The position numbers were made by a program, and so were the translations under genes. Below are positions 1 through 5,490 of a stretch of 6,603 bases of DNA, one piece after another (within the stretch, counting starts at the first letter, position 1; every line of letters starts with the position of its first letter). This DNA comes from Candidatus Wukongarchaeum yapensis (lineage in GTDB: Archaea > Asgardarchaeota > Wukongarchaeia > Wukongarchaeales > Wukongarchaeaceae), in contig JAEOSI010000128.1 in NCBI GenBank assembly GCA_016840425.1, positions 1 to 6,603 of the forward strand, in the 5' to 3' direction. A model generated the notes under the pieces. The model was not told the DNA's origin and made no database searches. It was given only the letters and a program-made list of their open reading frames with translations.

Positions 1-1196
1 AGTTCAGGGAGTTTATCTGTATCTTTTGAAGGTTCAGGTTTGGAAACAGTCTCTGTTAAAATCTTTAAATCTTCTGCTTCAATATTAAAAACACATGCTT
101 TCCCCTCACTAGATTTACACTCACTTTCAACCACTTCTAAAACTTTAAACCCAAAACCTTCAAAGATTCCATGAATAACGCCTGCAGACCAATTACACAA
201 ACCAACACTTTCACCATGCCCTTTAATAAAACTACACAACCAACACTCTTCATCCCTCAAAACCCCGCTAATTTTTCCCTCATCCCTACGAGAAAAACTT
301 GCTTGAACTTTTGTCCCAAAAAAATTAAACCAAAACCTTTTAACAAATTCTTCCAAAAAATCATCGCTTATATCCTTATTAGGCAAGTCAAGGAGACTTA
401 AGAGCTTAAAAGTGACATCTCTTCCACACTTATAAAAATCCTTTGAAGAAAAAGCCTTTGAAGAAAAAGCCTTACGAATACTCCCATAAACCAAAGAACA
501 TCCAAGAGGATACTTTCCCCCACTAAAAGAAGGTAAAAAACCCTTAACTCGATCAACTAAACGTTTAAACCAACCTGCACCACTATCCTTAACCAAACCT
601 CCAAGGAATAAACGATTAAAATCTTCATCTACCCTTTCCATATCAAGCTCAACAACCTCCTCCCGACCAAACCTACCAACAACAAGTCCTTCATCACCCT
701 TCCTCTCCACAATTTTTGAGAAACCTAACTCCTTTTTTCCCCTAAAACTCGAAAAAATCCTCTTAAAAATTGCGGGAAGATCATCATAAGAACTCTCATC
801 CTTCACTTTAGAAACCGCTTCTCGCAACAATTCTCTAATAACTTTCATATTCTCATTATCCCTCCCCTCAACCACCATAACCGCCATGTGCGGAAGTAAT
901 GCCCCTCTCTTCCCGAGAAGAGGCACATGTTCTACGATCACCACATCGTCTTCCCGGCTAAAAGTATCAGTAAACTCTGAGGCCACTTGTATCAGGCCAA
1001 GCCTTGCAGGATCATTAGCCTCGTAAGCAAACCAAGAACCTCTTGAAGAATAAAAATGACGCATAGCTGTTCCTATAACCTCATCAAACCAAAATGTGTA
1101 AATACCCACAATTCCAAGAGAATCAAGACACTTCTTTGTTTCTTCGTCAAAATCAATGGAAACAGGCTCTATTTTCATCCTTTCTATTCCCACCAT
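1..1196 (-). CDS. Longin/uDENN-like domain fused to a V4R (TRAPP Bet3-like) domain; partial, 3' end lies beyond the left edge
   Basis: Manual translation: open minus frame from an in-frame stop at 1263-1265 to the left edge, first ATG at 1196 (alternative ATG 1178), at least 398 aa. N-terminal region GIVGIYTFWFDEVIGTAMRHFYS...PARLGLIQVASEF...VVIVEHV...HMAVMVVE...MKVIRELLREAVSKV...LPAIFKRIFSSF (about 1115-744) fits the longin beta-beta-alpha-beta-beta-beta-alpha-alpha pattern and the uDENN-type FD-x3-G opening. C-terminal region FYKCGRDVTFKLL...EEFVKRFWFNFFG...ECWLCSF...LCNWSAGVIHGIFEGFGFKVLEVVESECKSSEGKACVFNI (about 440-80) carries the V4R C...C...G...E-x-C-x6-7-C-x-F signature. A P/S/K/T/D-rich linker (TETVSKPEPSKDTDKLPE) follows at the edge. 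CDS and V4R calls are firm; the longin call is less so. Confidence 0.8.
   Translation of the reverse strand, partial: MVGIERMKIEPVSIDFDEETKKCLDSLGIVGIYTFWFDEVIGTAMRHFYSSRGSWFAYEANDPARLGLIQVASEFTDTFSREDDVVIVEHVPLLGKRGALLPHMAVMVVEGRDNENMKVIRELLREAVSKVKDESSYDDLPAIFKRIFSSFRGKKELGFSKIVERKGDEGLVVGRFGREEVVELDMERVDEDFNRLFLGGLVKDSGAGWFKRLVDRVKGFLPSFSGGKYPLGCSLVYGSIRKAFSSKAFSSKDFYKCGRDVTFKLLSLLDLPNKDISDDFLEEFVKRFWFNFFGTKVQASFSRRDEGKISGVLRDEECWLCSFIKGHGESVGLCNWSAGVIHGIFEGFGFKVLEVVESECKSSEGKACVFNIEAEDLKILTETVSKPEPSKDTDKLPE
440..473. repeat. Perfect 15-bp tandem duplication, in frame within gene 1
   Basis: ctttgaagaaaaagc at 441-455 and 456-470, plus a partial ctt; encodes AFSSK twice (KAFSSKAFSSK) on the minus strand. 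Confidence 0.9.
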
Positions 1197-1266
1197 TTTT
1201 TCATTCCAAATATCTACAAAAACCAAAAACTCCTTAAAGATCCCATAAGTAAATAAATATAATTAA

Positions 1267-1280
1267 AAAACTTAAGTTTT
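1267..1280. promoter_or_regulatory. Perfect 14-bp palindrome in the divergent intergenic region, possible operator
   Basis: AAAACTTAAGTTTT is its own reverse complement and lies between the divergent starts at 1196 and 1440. The function is inferred. Confidence 0.3.
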
Positions 1281-1374
1281 ACCCAAGAAAAAACTGTTTT
1301 AAGAAAGATTTCAGCGGAAAAACCTTTTAACACATTTTTTTCCTTCTATGAAAGGTTCTTCATCGACCATCGCT

Positions 1375-1388
1375 AAAAAATATAAATA
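1375..1388 (+). promoter_or_regulatory. Putative archaeal BRE/TATA promoter for GTPase 1
   Basis: A-rich run followed by TATAAATA (1381-1388), about 50-60 nt upstream of the start codon. Confidence 0.4.
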
Positions 1389-1439
1389 ATGTGAAAAACT
1401 TTTCTTACCCGCTGAGAGGTAAAAAGTGAGAATTGTTAG

Positions 1440-2054
1440 GTGAACTCTTTGGAAAATGGCGCGAAAAACAGGTACCTTTGGAAGATACTTCTTTTGGGTG
1501 ATGGCAGCGTAGGAAAAAGTAGTATCAGAAGCGTCTTTATAGGCGAAGAGTTTAAAGAGATGATGCGCGCCACCATAGGCGCAGATATAACAAAAAAAAC
1601 CATGGATATAAACGGCAACATGATCACCTACATAATATATGACCTCGCAGGACAACCACACTTCGAAGTCGTTCGAGATCTTTTCTACCTAGGAGCCCAA
1701 GGAGCTCTCCTAATATTCGACATAACCAATAAAAGATCCCTTTACAACATACAAGGAGGATGGGTTAAAAACCTGTACCGCCTAGCAGGACACGTCCCAG
1801 CAGTTCTTATAGGAAATAAAATAGACCTCGAAGCAGAAAGGACCGTCACAAAAGAAGACGTAGAAGAACTACTAAAAACGATCTTAAACAACCACACAGA
1901 AAATCTCACCTACATCGAAACAAGTGCAAAAACCGGGGAAAACATAGAAAAACCCTTCATAATCCTTGGAGAACTCATACTAAAAATGAAAAATAAACAA
2001 AAAAGAAAAATACAAACACAAACAAAACATCCCCGAAAATCCACCATAAAATAA
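1440..2054 (+). CDS. Rab-like small GTPase (Ras superfamily), paralog 1
   Basis: G1 GDGSVGKSS, G2 ATIGAD, G3 YDLAGQ, FYLGAQGALLIFDIT, G4 NKID, G5 ETSAK. Basic C-terminal tail, no Cys prenylation motif. The start may be TTG at 1449, which has AGGTGA (1438-1443) as an SD-like motif 5 nt upstream. Confidence 0.95.
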   Translation: MNSLENGAKNRYLWKILLLGDGSVGKSSIRSVFIGEEFKEMMRATIGADITKKTMDINGNMITYIIYDLAGQPHFEVVRDLFYLGAQGALLIFDITNKRSLYNIQGGWVKNLYRLAGHVPAVLIGNKIDLEAERTVTKEDVEELLKTILNNHTENLTYIETSAKTGENIEKPFIILGELILKMKNKQKRKIQTQTKHPRKSTIK

Positions 2055-2149
2055 AAAATAACCTTCTTCAAAAACTTAAAAAATTATCCAAAATAATAAA
2101 CAAAATAATAGTTTGTTCATTTTATTAGTTGATTTAAAACGAGTTTGCC

Positions 2150-2166
2150 CCCTTTTTTTAAAAGGG
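2150..2166 (+). terminator. Short hairpin containing a T7 run, possible terminator after GTPase 1
   Basis: CCCTTTT-TTT-AAAAGGG (7-bp stem, 3-nt loop), about 100 nt after the stop at 2054. Confidence 0.25.
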
Positions 2167-2286
2167 AAGGAGATAAAAAAACAACAATACTTTTAAAACA
2201 CACCGCCCTAAAATTTCTGCAAAGCTAACCCAAAAAATCAAAAAAAAACATTAACATAAAAACGGTCAAATGATGCGTGGGGCGCT

Positions 2287-2841
2287 ATGGAAACTTCGCT
2301 TAAAAAAAAGAATTCAAAGACGGTTCATCGCCTTTGGACGCGCAGGTATAAGTGCATATGTTTGGGAGAATGGTCGGTAGGAAAAAGCTCCATCGCGAAA
2401 AGATTTTGCGACGGAACCTTCTCAGGAACATATCTACCCACCATAGGATGCGACTTCTTAACAAAAATAATAAAGATCGAAAACGAGACCATAAAGCTCA
2501 TAATATGGGATATTGCAGGACAAAGACTCTTTGCAAGCTTTAGAAGAGACTTCTACGAAGGAGCCCAAGGCGCCCTCCTAATCTTTGACATAACAAGACC
2601 AGAAAGCCTCCCACCCTTAAAAGAATGGAAGGAAGAAACCTTAAACGTTTGCGGAGAAATACCCTTCGTAATGTGCGCAAACAAAATAGACCTAGAAAGC
2701 ATGATAAGCAAAATAGAAGCACAAAAATTCGCAGAAAAAATAGACACACCCCTCCTATACACAAGCGCAAAAACCGGAGAAAACATAGAAGAAGCCTTCA
2801 CCCTCCTCACAGAAAAAATGTACAAAAACAAAAAAAACTAA
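2287..2841 (+). CDS. Rab-like small GTPase (Ras superfamily), paralog 2
   Basis: G1 GEWSVGKSS, G2 YLPTIGCDF (RabF1-like IGxDF), KLIIWDIAGQ (RabF2-like plus G3), FYEGAQGALLIFDIT, G4 NKID, G5 TSAK. Basic N-terminal extension, no prenylation motif. Confidence 0.95.
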   Translation: METSLKKKNSKTVHRLWTRRYKCICLGEWSVGKSSIAKRFCDGTFSGTYLPTIGCDFLTKIIKIENETIKLIIWDIAGQRLFASFRRDFYEGAQGALLIFDITRPESLPPLKEWKEETLNVCGEIPFVMCANKIDLESMISKIEAQKFAEKIDTPLLYTSAKTGENIEEAFTLLTEKMYKNKKN

Positions 2842-2977
2842 ACCATAAAAAACAAAAAAATCACCGAAATGGTCCAAAAAATAATGACATAACTCCTATT
2901 TCTACTGTTTTATATTACTATAATCTCTTTTTGAAATTCTGGAAAAATAAGACGAAAAAATAAAAAACAAGCATACC

Positions 2978-2987
2978 TATATAAATA
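2978..2987 (+). promoter_or_regulatory. Possible TATA box for the surface protein gene
   Basis: TATATAAATA in the 2842-3060 intergenic region; other TTTAAA candidates exist at 3017-3022 and 3051-3056. Confidence 0.25.
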
Positions 2988-3060
2988 TTAGAGAAGGAAT
3001 AAGAAAACCTCATTTCTTTAAAATTAAAACAAGATCTAAAAAAACTCTGCTTTAAACCTG

Positions 3061-5340
3061 GTGGTACACCTTATGGAAAAAACAATCAAGAAAAAAACGA
3101 TCTTAAGATTAACAACCTTTATCCTAATCATCACACTCCTCATACCCCTATCTACCCCCTTATTCGATGAAAAAATAAACGAAGAAAACCAACTACAAGA
3201 AGTAAGTCTAGAATTAGACGTTATAACAGGAGATCTCTCAGCAAGACTTTCAGTCACTCCTGATCCAGCTATAAGAAAGCCTAATATGAATCCGATCCAT
3301 GTCATAGGATGGCTTCATGTAGGAAGCTATAACATTCCGGATGCGACTATATATGTCCTCTGGAATAATACTGAGGTCAACACTGGTACAACAGGTAGTG
3401 ATGGCACTTTTGACATTCCTCTTACTTTCAACCATATTAGGTATCGAGAAATCGGTAATATTAACGTAACAGCATGGTACAAAGGAGGAGAGTCCACTTT
3501 GCCAATAGCGACCTCCGAATTTATAACAGTTTATGCAACCTCTATGATGGTTATTAGTCTTTCTTCTCAAATCGTTAATCCTGGTGGTTCGTTTGATGCT
3601 TCTTTAACACTTTCATATGATAATGGTACACGTTTAGCTGGAGCTAATGCGTATCTTAGGTTATGGAATGGTACGGAATATGGACCTCAAGTAACAGATT
3701 TTAATGGACAAACAACTTTTACAATTGATGTAAATATTTCTGAATCTACAGGCTTTGATAAACCTGTTAGGGGAGCTGCTGATGTTAGTACTATACCAGG
3801 GGTTTCTCCATATCTTTTAGGAAGTGCTGGTATAATTGGTGATACTTGGGCTAATAATACAGCAAATATAGACGTTCTAATAATTGCTATTATAACTTTT
3901 GATGTTAGCGCTGATACTATCATTGGTAACTTACCTAATCCGCCAGTTCCGCCAACTATTCCTGAAGCATATAGAGGTACTTATTATGTGTGTCTAAATG
4001 GTACACTAAAAGATTCTTTTGGCCAACCAATAGTTGGGGAACAAGTCCAAGCAGCAATAGATGGTCAAGCTGTATCCGGTGCAATTAATTTTACAGGGGT
4101 TGGAGGATATTTTGAAATCGTCTTCCTTCTACCAATAACCACTGCAGTCAAAAATGTTAATATGACTGTAACAGAGAACAATGATACTCTTGATTCTGCT
4201 TCTGATGAAAAACCTCTTCGAGTTCTTGCAGGAACATATCTTAATAACGTTGATAAGGATCTTGATTTTTATTACAGAGGCGAAATCCTCTATGTGTATG
4301 GTAATCTTTATGATGATCAAAACAATCCTGTTACTTCAGAATTTGTTTCAGCTTTCCTTACTAACCAGAGTATCGGTTATAACTCTCCTACTTATGCAGA
4401 TCAAACGGATGGTTCTGGTTATTTCTCAATAGGAGTTGATACAAGCAGTGTACCTGCAGGAAACAGCTCCTGTGATTTGAACGTTACTTTTTATGGAGCA
4501 CCACCCCATTATGATCCGTCTTCTCTTGGCTTTTTTATTATTGTTAACTTTTTTACAAATTTTGATTTTACAGAAATCTTTCTCGGAGGCGTTTCTATAG
4601 ACGATTTATCAACGCTTGAAAAATCTACTGATTATAATGTGGAAGTACGGCTTGTGGATGAGTTTGGAAGATCTATAACAGGAAGAACAGTTGAAATCTT
4701 CTGGGATGGAAATAGTATTCTTAATACGACCACCGATGCTTCAGGAAAAGTTTACACTTCGTTCATTACAAGTGATTATAGCACCGATCTTCTTCCCTTA
4801 CAGTTTTCTTTCTATTACTTAGGTGGTTTCCAGCAATACATAGAGACCTATGATTTCTCTTTGAATAATATAGCGCCAACAATAGATAATTTCAGCGCTG
4901 AACCAGGAGAAGTTGTGATTGGAGAATCTTGCACGATAAGTGTAATAGGGTCAGATGATGGGCCTCTCTCTAATGTTACTTTAGTGTTAACTGATCCTGA
5001 TGGTAATGAGACCAGGGTGACACAGCAAGTAACCACTTCTTTAAACTTTGACATAGAATTCGTTATAGATACTTCTCAATCTGAATATGATGTTGTAGGT
5101 AATTGGACCTTCTACCTTATTGTTATTGACAGAGAAGGAGAATCTAGCTTTTCAGCCCAAGGACAGTTTACTGTAATAGAAAAGGAAGGCATGGATATTG
5201 GCGATCTAACCCTTGTTGTAGCTATTATAGCTGCTAATGTGTTAGCAGCAACTTCAGGCTACTTCATCGCAGGAAAGATAAGGGCTCAAGGGGGTTTAGG
5301 TCCATTTTTACACAGCTTAAAGACCAAATTCAAAAAATGA
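3061..5340 (+). CDS. Membrane-anchored cell-surface protein with tandem Ig-like / invasin (Big_1-like) beta-sandwich repeats, probably N-glycosylated
   Basis: N-terminal basic plus hydrophobic signal or anchor (KKKTILRLTTFILIITLLIPL). C-terminal TM helix (LTLVVAIIAANVLAATSGYFIAG) and short basic tail. Five repeats resembling G-x-L-x-D-x2-G-x-P-I-x4-V...T-D-x2-G-x-F plus a final Ig-like unit (NIAPTIDNF...NWTFYLIVIDREG). 18 N-x-S/T sequons counted by hand. ATG 3073, preceded by GGTGG, is the more likely start. Confidence 0.85.
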   Translation: MVHLMEKTIKKKTILRLTTFILIITLLIPLSTPLFDEKINEENQLQEVSLELDVITGDLSARLSVTPDPAIRKPNMNPIHVIGWLHVGSYNIPDATIYVLWNNTEVNTGTTGSDGTFDIPLTFNHIRYREIGNINVTAWYKGGESTLPIATSEFITVYATSMMVISLSSQIVNPGGSFDASLTLSYDNGTRLAGANAYLRLWNGTEYGPQVTDFNGQTTFTIDVNISESTGFDKPVRGAADVSTIPGVSPYLLGSAGIIGDTWANNTANIDVLIIAIITFDVSADTIIGNLPNPPVPPTIPEAYRGTYYVCLNGTLKDSFGQPIVGEQVQAAIDGQAVSGAINFTGVGGYFEIVFLLPITTAVKNVNMTVTENNDTLDSASDEKPLRVLAGTYLNNVDKDLDFYYRGEILYVYGNLYDDQNNPVTSEFVSAFLTNQSIGYNSPTYADQTDGSGYFSIGVDTSSVPAGNSSCDLNVTFYGAPPHYDPSSLGFFIIVNFFTNFDFTEIFLGGVSIDDLSTLEKSTDYNVEVRLVDEFGRSITGRTVEIFWDGNSILNTTTDASGKVYTSFITSDYSTDLLPLQFSFYYLGGFQQYIETYDFSLNNIAPTIDNFSAEPGEVVIGESCTISVIGSDDGPLSNVTLVLTDPDGNETRVTQQVTTSLNFDIEFVIDTSQSEYDVVGNWTFYLIVIDREGESSFSAQGQFTVIEKEGMDIGDLTLVVAIIAANVLAATSGYFIAGKIRAQGGLGPFLHSLKTKFKK

Positions 5341-5404
5341 AACGGTAATAAATCCCCTCTCAACGCCCCTTTCTTTAAAATTTTTTAGTCCTTTATAAGG
5401 GGAG

Positions 5405-5433
5405 TTTATTTTCCTTCTTTCTTCTTTATTTTT
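5405..5433 (+). terminator. Pyrimidine/T-rich tract, possible archaeal terminator after the surface protein gene
   Basis: tttattttccttctttcttctttattttt, 65-93 nt after the stop at 5340, preceded by CCCCT...AGGGG inverted elements (5354-5402). Confidence 0.35.
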
Positions 5434-5475
5434 GTAACCAATGGTTTTTTATTTGGGTTGGCGGGTTTTGCTTTT

Positions 5476-5481
5476 AAGGAG
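5476..5481 (+). promoter_or_regulatory. Shine-Dalgarno-like ribosome binding site of polB
   Basis: AAGGAG 9 nt upstream of TTG 5491, the first possible start after the in-frame TAG at 5482-5484. Confidence 0.55.
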
Positions 5482-5490
5482 TAGATATTT

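Noticed and set aside
171-1256. Plus-strand ORFs 171..401 and 1056..1256
   Set aside because: Antisense shadows of the long minus-strand longin-V4R gene; no recognisable motifs.
1311-1661. Minus-strand ORFs 1311..1661 and 1436..1627
   Set aside because: Antisense to the well-supported GTPase 1 and its promoter; no motifs.
2094-2127. Imperfect AT-rich hairpin (aacaaa...tttgtt) and near-palindrome aaccaatggtt at 5436-5446
   Set aside because: Short, low-complexity and expected by chance in AT-rich intergenic DNA.
2352-2963. ORFs 2352..2543 (+), 2540..2770 (-), 2553..2831 (-) and the very basic 112-aa 2625..2963 (+)
   Set aside because: Overlap GTPase 2. The T-poor, A/C-rich plus strand lacks stop codons in alternative frames and produces R/K/H/N-rich or L/F/R-rich pseudo-proteins by composition alone.
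3036-5054. Short ORFs inside the surface protein gene (3036..3305, 3250..3570, 3687..3923, 4129..4320, 4181..4432, 4848..5054)
   Set aside because: Shadow frames of the 759-aa CDS with no independent coding evidence.
5317-5340. C-terminal ...LKTKFKK as a COPI di-lysine (KKxx/KxKxx) retrieval signal
   Set aside because: The -3 residue is Phe, not Lys, so it does not fit; a positive-inside basic tail explains it.
5341-5490. Archaeal origin recognition boxes (ORB) in the intergenic regions
   Set aside because: G-string-like AAGGGG/CCCCTT elements exist (5366-5371, 5397-5402, 2149-2154), but the TCCA...GAAA ORB core is not present beside them.
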